A stretch of 32,000 nt of DNA, taken from the NCBI GenBank assembly GCA_005191425.1, contig SUPR01000016.1:1-32000 (forward strand), given 5' to 3'. Positions 1-8,819 of the stretch are shown here, piece by piece. Below the pieces are notes generated by a model that saw only the letters and a list, made by a program, of their open reading frames with translations, did no database searches and was not told the origin of the DNA. How positions within the stretch are numbered: position 1 is the stretch's first letter; each line of letters opens with the position of its first letter. A program made the position numbers and the translations under genes. Origin of the DNA: Candidatus Helarchaeota ASGARD archaeon Hel_GB_B (GTDB taxonomy: Archaea; Asgardarchaeota; Lokiarchaeia; Helarchaeales; HEL-GB-B).

Positions 1-277
1 TTTTTCATTTAATAAATTTCTAAAACTTTTTCTATTCAGTTTTTGAATCAATAATTTATTTAATTTTTTTAAATCTTTTGTTATATTATTTTTGAAGTAT
101 AATTAAAAAAAAATTAATTAATTTATATTTATCTTTTTAGAACCTAATATAAGTCCATGCAAGAGATTTGAAACTAAAATAGAAAATAATTTAATATTTT
201 GATCAAAAAATTAATTATATTTAAATTGAAATATCAAAATATTTAATATATCAAATAATTAATACCGCTTATCCAGA

Positions 278-1102
278 TCAAGTTTTATGTTCCTCTTTAT
301 ATTTTCTCATTTTGTTTATTATATCAATTATATCATCGCAAATTTCATTATATTCACATTCTGAGCAACTCCATTCGTAATCACATTCAAACCTTTTCTT
401 ATCTCCTGCCATATCTGCGGGTATTTGACCAGCCTCTATTTTTTCTACTTTTTTTCGAATTTCGGTATCTGCATATATTTCCTTGATACTATCCGATATC
501 TTTTCCAAATCTGAAATTTTTTCCTCTGAAGTTGTTATAAAAACAATTTCAATCTTGGAAATTTCAAAAAATTGCTTCTTTATATGAAATACTAAAAATT
601 CTCCCAAATATTTCAAATTAAACCCTGATTGGACAATTTCCTTGTTTAAACGAATCCAAAATTTGCGAGGAATAGCTCTAATCATAAAACCCTTTATTAT
701 ATTAAATACTGATAAATGAATTTGGAGTTTTCTATATAAATCTGGAGAAATCGGTCGTTCTGAATAAATAAAAATTATTTGTGAAAAAGGGAAAACTGAT
801 TTTTCAGGTATATCTTTGGAAATTTCGGGCCCAAAAACTGTTATCTTACCATCAGATATCTCATCATTTTGAATAACAGGGACTAATAATCTACAGCTCG
901 GCGTTTGGGCGTTTCCAAGTTCTAAATATGTATCTTCACCTAATACCAAGGAAAATTCATCGTCAGATAGAAAATTAGTTTGCAAATTATTAAATAATTC
1001 CTTAATATTTGTATTTATTTTATATTCATGTTTATATTCGGGTCCTAAATCGTTTCCTATGTTAAATATTAATTCTCTGATTTTATTAAGTAATTCTTCC
1101 AT
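278..1102 (-). CDS. Stand-alone protein homologous to the middle domain of acetyl-CoA synthase beta/alpha (CdhC/AcsB-like), with a C-terminal Cys motif
   Basis: Segments LELG...ISDGKITVFGPEI, GFMIRAIPRKFWIRLNKE..GFNL..LG and KIEIVFIT recall the ACS middle domain (ELGG..IEDGKIEVIGPD..W.RISK..GF.L.H.G..KVQVTIYT). No A-cluster domain (TSCGCFE) is present. The C-terminus has CX5CX2CX5C. Confidence 0.7.
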   Translation of the reverse strand: MEELLNKIRELIFNIGNDLGPEYKHEYKINTNIKELFNNLQTNFLSDDEFSLVLGEDTYLELGNAQTPSCRLLVPVIQNDEISDGKITVFGPEISKDIPEKSVFPFSQIIFIYSERPISPDLYRKLQIHLSVFNIIKGFMIRAIPRKFWIRLNKEIVQSGFNLKYLGEFLVFHIKKQFFEISKIEIVFITTSEEKISDLEKISDSIKEIYADTEIRKKVEKIEAGQIPADMAGDKKRFECDYEWSCSECEYNEICDDIIDIINKMRKYKEEHKT

Positions 1103-1279
1103 TTTTGAGTCATCAAATCCATAAATAACGATTTGATTATTTTTTAGTCTTTTAATAATTTCTCTAAAATTTTCCTCTAAAAATTAGATCAATAGATGTA
1201 CTATTTAAAAAAATATAATTCAGATATATGAAATTAGATTATAGATAAATTTTTAATAACCAATTAAATTAATTTAATT

Positions 1280-2509
1280 ATGTCACAAATTGTTGTCTTA
1301 GGTGGTTGTGGAGCTGTTGGATCTCATGCCGTTAAAACATTAGTATCGTTTGAAGATTTTTCAGAAATTATTATTGGCGATGTAGCTTCCCAAAAAGCTC
1401 AAGATTTAATTAAAGAAATAGGTTCTGATAAAGTTTCATTTTTAAAAGTTAATGCATTAGATCCAAACGATATAAAAAATGCAGTTAAAAATGCTGATGT
1501 TGTGTTAAATTGTATTGGCCCCTTCTATAAATTTGTTCCACTTATTTTAAAATCCGTTATTGAAGTAGGTATAAATTATATTGATATTTGTGATGATGTG
1601 GACGTGACTAAGGAGATATTGACATGGGATTCAATGGCAAAAGATGCGAATATCTCTGCTATAATTGGGATGGGGAGTAGTCCAGGTGTAACAAATCTAC
1701 TCACCAAATTTTGTGCAGATCAGTTATTGGATTCTGTTGAATCTGTTGATATTTATCATGCTCATGGGGGTGAACCTGTAGAAGGTCCAGGCGTTGTGGC
1801 ACACCGAATCCATGCTATGCTATTAGATATACCAATGTTTCTCGATGGAAAACTGAAATATGTTAAATATTTTGAAGATAGCGGTATTGCCCTTCAAGAA
1901 ATAGTAGAATTCTATAAGTTAAAAGGAAAATATAAAGTTTATCCATACCCACACCCTGAACAAATTACTATTCCTAAATATATAAAAAATATAAAAAGAG
2001 TTACAAACAAAGGTACTGTTCTACCACAAGAATATTACGATTTAACAAGAGAAATAGTAAAATTGGGGATAACAAGTGATATCCCAATAGATGTAAATGG
2101 TCAAATGGTAAAACCAATTGATTTTGCAATATCATACATAATTAATCAGCGCGAAAAAATATTAAAAAAATTAAATTTTGGTAAACAAAGAGGGTGCGTT
2201 AAAATTATAGTCAAAGGTCTAAAGAAAGGTAAAAATCATACATATATTTTTCAATTAGCTTCAGAAGGAGGGCAAGCAATGGGCGAAGGAACTGGAATCC
2301 CTGCAGCTTTTGGTGCAATATTAATGAAAAAAGGCAAAATAAAAAATAAAGGTATTTTTCCTCCTGAAGGTGGAATTAATCCCTTAGATTTTATAGGCAT
2401 GATGCAAAAATTTCTTAAACTTAAAAAAGTAGGCGATGAAAAAGAAGGTTCACCACTAATAATTGAATCCATTAACGCAGATGGAAAAATCAATCGATTA
2501 ACATTTTAA
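1280..2509 (+). CDS. Saccharopine dehydrogenase / carboxynorspermidine synthase family NAD(P)-dependent oxidoreductase
   Basis: N-terminal Rossmann motif VLGGCGAVG, plus VLNCIGPFY, YIDICDD, GMGSSPGVTNLL, YPYPHPEQITIP and a C-terminal TGIPAA...G..PPE. Confidence 0.87.
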   Translation: MSQIVVLGGCGAVGSHAVKTLVSFEDFSEIIIGDVASQKAQDLIKEIGSDKVSFLKVNALDPNDIKNAVKNADVVLNCIGPFYKFVPLILKSVIEVGINYIDICDDVDVTKEILTWDSMAKDANISAIIGMGSSPGVTNLLTKFCADQLLDSVESVDIYHAHGGEPVEGPGVVAHRIHAMLLDIPMFLDGKLKYVKYFEDSGIALQEIVEFYKLKGKYKVYPYPHPEQITIPKYIKNIKRVTNKGTVLPQEYYDLTREIVKLGITSDIPIDVNGQMVKPIDFAISYIINQREKILKKLNFGKQRGCVKIIVKGLKKGKNHTYIFQLASEGGQAMGEGTGIPAAFGAILMKKGKIKNKGIFPPEGGINPLDFIGMMQKFLKLKKVGDEKEGSPLIIESINADGKINRLTF

Positions 2510-2671
2510 GTTAGATTTCTATGCTTAAAATAAAGTGTATTTTATAAATTCTTTTTAAAAATTCACTCAATTTATTTTCTAAATAATAATTTTTTAAATC
2601 ATTAAACTCATTTGGTCATCTTTAGAAATATATTAATAATTTTAAAAAAATAAATACTAAACTTCAAAATA

Positions 2672-4102
2672 TTGAGAGTATTAATTTTGGCAATTAAAAT
2701 TAAATCATCAAGTTTTTTATTAATTGGACTATCAATAAGCGTTTCCATGGTCTCACTTACTGATTCTATGGTGAATGTTGTATTACCTTACATTTTGAGT
2801 GATTTGAAAATTGCATTTACAATGGCAAGTTGGATAAATATTGCTCCCCTATTGTTAATAACTTGTTTGATTGTAATATTTGGAAGGCTAGGCGATTTAA
2901 CCGGTAGAAAACGATTTATAATTTTGGGAATTACTATTTATATGGTCGGAGCAATTTTATGTTCTACTTCAATATCCGGAATGTTTCTAATTGGTTATCG
3001 TGGAATACAAGGGGTCGGTTCTGCATTATTGATTTCAAATATTTATGCCATACCAAAAGATATTTTCCCACCCCATAAACATGGACAAGCAATATCTATT
3101 ATTACATTGGGCATTTATATCGGGCTAACTATCGCACCATTTTTGGGTGGTTTTTTAATTGATTACTTGAATTGGCGTTGGATATTTTTAATCTGTCTGC
3201 CAATTGAAATTATTGGTCTTATTATAATTCAATTTACTTATAAATCGAAAGTGAAAAGATTTAATAAAGAAAAATTTGACTATATAGGTGCAATTCTGCT
3301 TGCTTTAATGCTATTAACTCTTTACTTGGCTTTAACTCTTGGTAATCAAATTGGATGGGATGTTCCAATAATTATTATGTTTGTAATATTTGGGGGGACT
3401 TTGATAGGATTTATTTTATCTGAACGAAAAATTGAAACCCCCATGATACCATTAAATCTTTTTAAAAAACTTAATTTTACTACATCAACTTTTGCAGCAC
3501 TTTTATTTTATATATCAACAATGAGCGTTGGATTTTTATTGCCCATTTACTTTAAAGTATGTTTTGGATATTATGGACTTATTATTGGTTTAGTACTTTT
3601 CCCAATGCCCTTATTTATGAGTATATTTACTCCTATTTCAGGATTTTTGTCAGATAAATTTGTAAATAGAAAAATAAGTATATCTGGATTGATAATACTT
3701 TTCATTTTTTTTATATTTATGAGTTTTCTTGATTTTAATCCACCTTATTCATTTGTTTTTTTAAGTATTGGAGGAATAGGACAAGGCCTCTTTACTGCTG
3801 CAAATGTTGGAATGATAATGGACTCCGTAGATCCAAGAAAAAGAGGTATAGCATCTTCAATTTCTACAATGATGCGAACTATTGGCCAATCAAGTTCTTA
3901 TGCAATTTCAACTGCCATTTTGGGTGTATTTCTTCCTTTTAATATATTGAATGCAATCTTGTCGGGAAATATTTCTCTATCACCTGATCAAATCGAATTA
4001 TTTACTTCAAGCTTGCACACAACATTTCTATTTATGTCATTTTTCTCATTAAGTTCTTTAATTTTAATTTTAATTCAATTTTTTAATAAAAATAAAAAAT
4101 AA
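2672..4102 (+). CDS. MFS transporter, DHA2 (EmrB/QacA-like, ~14 TM) family
   Basis: Motif A GRLGDLTGRKR, RGIQGVGSAL, motif C GLTIAPFLGGFL, WRWIFLI, and many hydrophobic helices. The TTG start is uncertain. Confidence 0.9.
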   Translation: MRVLILAIKIKSSSFLLIGLSISVSMVSLTDSMVNVVLPYILSDLKIAFTMASWINIAPLLLITCLIVIFGRLGDLTGRKRFIILGITIYMVGAILCSTSISGMFLIGYRGIQGVGSALLISNIYAIPKDIFPPHKHGQAISIITLGIYIGLTIAPFLGGFLIDYLNWRWIFLICLPIEIIGLIIIQFTYKSKVKRFNKEKFDYIGAILLALMLLTLYLALTLGNQIGWDVPIIIMFVIFGGTLIGFILSERKIETPMIPLNLFKKLNFTTSTFAALLFYISTMSVGFLLPIYFKVCFGYYGLIIGLVLFPMPLFMSIFTPISGFLSDKFVNRKISISGLIILFIFFIFMSFLDFNPPYSFVFLSIGGIGQGLFTAANVGMIMDSVDPRKRGIASSISTMMRTIGQSSSYAISTAILGVFLPFNILNAILSGNISLSPDQIELFTSSLHTTFLFMSFFSLSSLILILIQFFNKNKK

Positions 4103-4313
4103 AAACTATCTAAATGATTATATCCTCTCATTTTTCAATTAGAACATCTTAAAAAGTTAGCCTAATTTAAATCAAAAAAATTATTAAAAATTGTTTATCA
4201 AATCAAAAAATTTTCGATTTTTTCATTATGACATTGTTATTTACGCCCTTTTATGAAATAAATATTTATATGTGATACTACCTAATTGTCTAAAAATGAA
4301 TTGTTTGATTTGT

Positions 4314-4318
4314 GGTGA
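4314..4318 (+). promoter_or_regulatory. Shine-Dalgarno site (GGTGA) of the 393-aa gene
   Basis: GGTGA lies 6 nt upstream of ATG 4325 and matches the archaeal anti-SD. Similar sites occur at 12840-12844 and 31405-31410. Confidence 0.55.
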
Positions 4319-4324
4319 GATAAA

Positions 4325-5506
4325 ATGAAAAATACTTTTGGAGATATTCCCGATTTTCCCACGAAAAAATATTTCCCTATGGCAAGAAATCTAATGACTA
4401 CATTATATGAATCTGGATGGGATTACTTAAAGATGGCTCTTACTGAAACAGTCTATAATTTCCAAGATATCGTAAATATTCGACTAGATGATGCAATTCA
4501 AACCTCAAAATTAATTTTGGATGGAAAACTTGGAATTCCACCTGAACTAGTCTTCACTTTTTCATTATTTGTACCAGTCCTAGGAATTAGGTCAGACCTA
4601 CAACAAGGTACAAATGTTCTATTATTTGGAAGGTCTGCAGATGTATCTTTTACTGTAATTGATGACCTTACTCGTGATATTTCTTTTATTTTAAATACAC
4701 ATCTAGAACAAGGACTCCCAGCAAATTGGTATATTGTAAATAATGAAGACGAATTTATGAATAGACGACACATGAAATTGGGTTTTAAAATAAAAGATAT
4801 CCCAAAAAAAACTAAAACACTTAAAAAAATGGGAGTCCATTTACGAGATATTTTAAAAGATGTACGTAATGAACGTACACCTCAATGGAGAACTAGCGAT
4901 TATTATTGCGTCATGTTATATTCTGGTGGTATGTGTAATGCAGGTCTTGAATCTTCAAATTATGAAATTTTAAGTTATATATGGGAAGGGATTAATATTG
5001 ATAAAATTGGATGGGACCAATATTTTACGTGGTATCCTTGGCCAACATTTCTTGAAACATTAATGAGAATGCCCAGAAGATCTTCTGTTTTGAGGTTTTG
5101 TGGTCTTATTTCCAATAATAAACACTATATTAACCAAATGCAATTTCCTGGAATTTGCGGAAATCCAGGTGATTGGTTTATAAAAACTATCCCTGAAACT
5201 ATTGATAAATTATGGTATGTAAAAATGGAAGAAGGTCTTCCAACTCCTGCTCAAACATTGGGGTTCTCGGCGCCTGATTGGAGAAAATCAAAAATATTTG
5301 AAGATAATAAATTTGATTATATCTATCCTAAAGGTGAAAAAATAACTCCTGAAGGATTAGGACTTACAAAAGAAGAAATGCTTAATGGTGTATATCTAGA
5401 TATTAATCATGAAACTCCATTAAATGAAAAAATTGATGAATCAAAAATAATTTCATTAGGAATGGGTAATAAAACAAAAATTATCAAAGATTTAACCGTA
5501 AACTAA
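4325..5506 (+). CDS. Hypothetical soluble protein (393 aa), family not recognised
   Basis: Long ORF in AT-rich DNA with an SD and a globular, Trp/Gly/Pro-rich composition. No motif recognised. Confidence 0.75.
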   Translation: MKNTFGDIPDFPTKKYFPMARNLMTTLYESGWDYLKMALTETVYNFQDIVNIRLDDAIQTSKLILDGKLGIPPELVFTFSLFVPVLGIRSDLQQGTNVLLFGRSADVSFTVIDDLTRDISFILNTHLEQGLPANWYIVNNEDEFMNRRHMKLGFKIKDIPKKTKTLKKMGVHLRDILKDVRNERTPQWRTSDYYCVMLYSGGMCNAGLESSNYEILSYIWEGINIDKIGWDQYFTWYPWPTFLETLMRMPRRSSVLRFCGLISNNKHYINQMQFPGICGNPGDWFIKTIPETIDKLWYVKMEEGLPTPAQTLGFSAPDWRKSKIFEDNKFDYIYPKGEKITPEGLGLTKEEMLNGVYLDINHETPLNEKIDESKIISLGMGNKTKIIKDLTVN

Positions 5507-5543
5507 TAAATTGAAAAAGTATTAAAGTAAATTATCCAATAAA

Positions 5544-5635
5544 GGATTTCTCACAAATCCTGTTGCCGATGATAAGCAGATGTTTTTATTTAAAAACTGC
5601 CTTTTTTCATTAGCAATGGAATTTGTAAAAAATCT
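5544..5635. repeat. 92-bp imperfect palindrome (MITE/REP-like), related to the ends of the repeats at ~15.2 kb and ~16.7 kb
   Basis: Ungapped pairing with i+j=11179 gives 31 of 45 Watson-Crick pairs; 10 of the 14 mismatches are G.T or A.C. AATAAA flanks both sides (5538-5543, 5636-5641). 5580-5627 matches 16654-16701 at 40/48 and 15178-15225 at 36/48 (hand counts). Confidence 0.8.
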
Positions 5636-5700
5636 AATAAAGTAGGTTCAATATTTATCATTTAAAAATTTAACATAAGCAATTTAAATAGTGATTTATT

Positions 5701-6222
5701 GTGATTAAAGAAATACAAAAAGAATTAGAAGAAGTTCGGTCAAAAATTCCGCCAGATTTGTTCTTAAAATTAATACAGGAATTATATTTTCAAACTTCTT
5801 GGGAATTAATAAAATATTTAATTGAATATGAAGATATTGACCCAGATATTATCTTTAAGCACCAATTAGAAATTTGTAAAAAAACTGGAAAACAAGGCGC
5901 AAATTTACTTAAGATTTTCCAGTTTTCTGGTAATTCTTTGGAAAAATTAGTTAAACAATTTGCATTTGCAGCCTATAATATGGGTATTAATGCCGAAATT
6001 AAATTTAAAAGCGAGGAAGAATGTGAATTGACTTTCAAAAAAAATTGTGGACATGGACTTAAAATTAAGGAATATAACCTACCTTTTAAATGTAATACTT
6101 GGTGTGAAACTCACTTTAATTCTGAGATTAAATCCTTAAATTCGCAATTTGCTATTAAATTAATCGAGGGTTTGCCACAAAATAAAAAGTATTGTCGATT
6201 TTTGATATATAAAATAAAATAA
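5701..6222 (+). CDS. Small V4R / ATC-hydrolase-like / methanogen-output-domain-like ligand-binding protein
   Basis: Helical N-half followed by ECELTFKKNCGHG...CNTWCETH...LIEGLPQNKKYCRF; this C...C...C...G...C.F pattern is typical of the V4R/ATC-hydrolase fold group. Confidence 0.55.
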   Translation: MIKEIQKELEEVRSKIPPDLFLKLIQELYFQTSWELIKYLIEYEDIDPDIIFKHQLEICKKTGKQGANLLKIFQFSGNSLEKLVKQFAFAAYNMGINAEIKFKSEEECELTFKKNCGHGLKIKEYNLPFKCNTWCETHFNSEIKSLNSQFAIKLIEGLPQNKKYCRFLIYKIK

Positions 6223-6752
6223 AATTCTTTTAATGATTAATCAAACCATGAGAATTAAAATAAAATATATTATTGATATTACTTTACTAAATTAATTGTT
6301 AAAAAGTTTCTATTAATACACCAATTAAGCAGAAATTATAAGATCAACGCAAGATTTGGGGATATTTATTTATAACTTTTTTAAATTTTTAATATTGATA
6401 AAATCAATTATGATTTTTGAATAATAATATTAATAATTAAATTTTTTTATTGGAATAATTTTTAAATTTGGATAAATATCGTAATACAAAACATTTTAAA
6501 ATTATGCTGTAAAATTGCTATTTAATTTCAATAAATTTAGTTCTTCTTTAATAAAGTTTCAAGTCAAAAAATAATTGATTATTGATTTTAAATTTTAAAA
6601 TTATATTTAAAATATAGATTTGTATCTTAGAATATATAAAATATAGGAGAATATGAAATATTAAATAAAGGAATTAAATTAAAAATTTTAAATTCTAAGT
6701 TTCAAAAAAATAAATTTTCTATGTAAAATGATAATAAAAGCATAAAAAGAAG

Positions 6753-8465
6753 GTGTTAACTTTTACAGATAAAAGAAAATGGATAGTTACATCTGCTTGG
6801 CCTTATATTAATGCAGTTCCTCATTTAGGAAATTTGATTGGATCTGTTTTATCAGCGGATGTTTTTGCACGGTATTGTAGGTTAAAAGGAGATGAAGTAG
6901 TTTTTGTTTCAGGCTCTGATGAACATGGGACACCAGTAGCTGTATCTGCCCTACAACAGAATTTGAGTTGCGAAGATTTAATTAAAAGAAACCATACATA
7001 TATAAAAAAATTATTTGAAAAATGGCAAATATCTTATGACAATTATACTGAAACACATAATCCAACACATATTGAATTTGTGAAAGAATTTTTTTTACAA
7101 GTTGAGAAGAATGGATATATTTTTGTAAAGGAAGAGGACGTTTTATTTTGTAAAAATTGTAAATTATACTTACCGGATCGATTTATTGAAGGGACTTGTC
7201 CATTTTGTCACTTTGAGAGTGCTAGGGGCGATCAATGTGATAATTGCGGGCATCTTTTAACTCCTACGCAGCTTATTGATTATCATTGTAAAAGTTGTGG
7301 CGGAAAGAATATAGAAATCAGAAAAACTAAACAATGGTATATGGATTTTCCAAAATTAGAGCCTAAATTAAAAAAATTTATTGAAAATGAAAAGTTTTCA
7401 ATCAATGCAAAAAATATTTGCAAAAATTTTATTAAGGATGGTATTCCCGCTCGTTCAGTAACGCGAGACTTAGATTGGGGAATTCCTGCACCATTTAAAG
7501 GAGCTGAAAATAAGGTTATTTATGTTTGGTTTGAAGCTGTTTTGGGCTATATTTCTGCTGTTAAAGAGTGGGCTGAAAAAATTAGAGATGATCCAAAATT
7601 ATTTGATTATTTTTGGAGAGATAAATCATGTCGATCAGTTTATTTCATAGGTAAAGATAATATTATTTTTCATTTAATTATATTTCCCGGTCTTATTTTT
7701 GCATATAACGAAAACCTTACTAAAAATGAGAAATTTACGCTACCATATAACATTTCAACAACTGAATTTTTAATGTATGAAGGTGGCAAATTTTCTAAAT
7801 CGCGGAATCGAGGGATATGGATTGATGAAGCATTAGAAATTGCACCATTAGATTACTGGCGCTACTATTTAATTAAAAACCGACCAGAAGCGAAGGACGC
7901 CTCATTTTTGTGGGACGAATTTATTGCATCAATAAACGAACTTAATGATGTTATCGGAAATTTTATCCATCGAATTTTAACTTTTATAAATAAATATTTT
8001 GACTCAACAATTCCGTTTCATCAAGAATTTGATAATGATGATATTAATTTAAATAATCAAATTAAAGATTCTATTAAAAAAGTAGAGGCATTTTATGAGG
8101 AAATTAAATTGAAGAGTGCATTAAAAGAAATTGTCGATCTTACTAGAATTGGTAATAAATATTTAAATGACAAACAACCATGGCACTTAATTAAAGAAAA
8201 TAAAACTAAAGCTGGAACAATTTTGTTTCTATGTGTTCAACTTGTCTATATTGTTGCCATTCTATTAGCCCCTATCATTCCTTCCTCTTCAAGAAAAATA
8301 TTCCAAATGTTAAATAAATCAGATGACCTTAATTCTCATAATTGGTCAGAAATTTTCAGTTATTCAATCAAATCAGGAGATAAAATTAATGCACCAATCC
8401 CTCTTTTTAAGAAATTTAAAAAGGCAGACCTTATTAATAAATATAATAAACTTAAAAAGAAATAA
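6753..8465 (+). CDS. metG: Methionine--tRNA ligase (archaeal/eukaryotic type, short form without C-terminal tRNA-binding domain)
   Basis: TSAWPYINAVPHLGN (HIGH), SGSDEHGTP, four CxxC zinc knuckles (CKNC, CPFC, CDNC, CKSC), TRDLDWG, YVWFEA, FIGKDNIIFH, KFSKS (KMSKS). GTG start. Confidence 0.97.
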   Translation: MLTFTDKRKWIVTSAWPYINAVPHLGNLIGSVLSADVFARYCRLKGDEVVFVSGSDEHGTPVAVSALQQNLSCEDLIKRNHTYIKKLFEKWQISYDNYTETHNPTHIEFVKEFFLQVEKNGYIFVKEEDVLFCKNCKLYLPDRFIEGTCPFCHFESARGDQCDNCGHLLTPTQLIDYHCKSCGGKNIEIRKTKQWYMDFPKLEPKLKKFIENEKFSINAKNICKNFIKDGIPARSVTRDLDWGIPAPFKGAENKVIYVWFEAVLGYISAVKEWAEKIRDDPKLFDYFWRDKSCRSVYFIGKDNIIFHLIIFPGLIFAYNENLTKNEKFTLPYNISTTEFLMYEGGKFSKSRNRGIWIDEALEIAPLDYWRYYLIKNRPEAKDASFLWDEFIASINELNDVIGNFIHRILTFINKYFDSTIPFHQEFDNDDINLNNQIKDSIKKVEAFYEEIKLKSALKEIVDLTRIGNKYLNDKQPWHLIKENKTKAGTILFLCVQLVYIVAILLAPIIPSSSRKIFQMLNKSDDLNSHNWSEIFSYSIKSGDKINAPIPLFKKFKKADLINKYNKLKKK

Positions 8466-8584
8466 TAACAAAGTTTACATTACATTTTTTCTTTTTTATA
8501 GATTTTTGATAAATATTCCAATTATTATTGATATTAATGAATAGTAAAAAAGGGTATTTATATAAATCTCAAATTTTTATTAAA

Positions 8585-8797
8585 TTACCAAACTTGAGGT
8601 TGTTCTTTTTTAAAAGGATGTACCTTAACTGCTTTTACAGGACAATATATTTCACAATTATAGCAAGTCATACAATCATCAAAATATACGATTTTTGCCT
8701 TTTTGGACCGATTGTCCAACCTAATTACATCAGTTGGACAGCAATCGACGCATATTCCGCAACCAATACATTTTTTTGTATCAATTTTTAAAATCAT
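8585..8797 (-). CDS. 2x[4Fe-4S] ferredoxin (AprB-like short partner of the upstream flavoprotein)
   Basis: Two CxxCxxCxxxCP motifs (CIGCGICVDCCP, CMTCYNCEIYCP), 22 nt downstream of the flavoprotein gene on the same strand. Confidence 0.92.
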   Translation of the reverse strand: MILKIDTKKCIGCGICVDCCPTDVIRLDNRSKKAKIVYFDDCMTCYNCEIYCPVKAVKVHPFKKEQPQVW

Positions 8798-8819
8798 TTT
8801 AATTCTCTTTTTAAAAATT

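Noticed and set aside
278-1102. Functional acetyl-CoA synthase (cdhC)
   Set aside because: Too short, and it lacks the A-cluster-binding domain.
4169-4219. Recurring ATCAAAAAATT motif (also near 202, 24506 reverse, 24922)
   Set aside because: Nearly all A/T in very AT-rich intergenic DNA; cannot be distinguished from chance by eye.
5544-5635. SECIS element or known riboswitch
   Set aside because: ATGA is present but there is no opposing GA for the kink-turn on either strand, the upstream gene has no in-frame TGA, and no riboswitch consensus is recognised.
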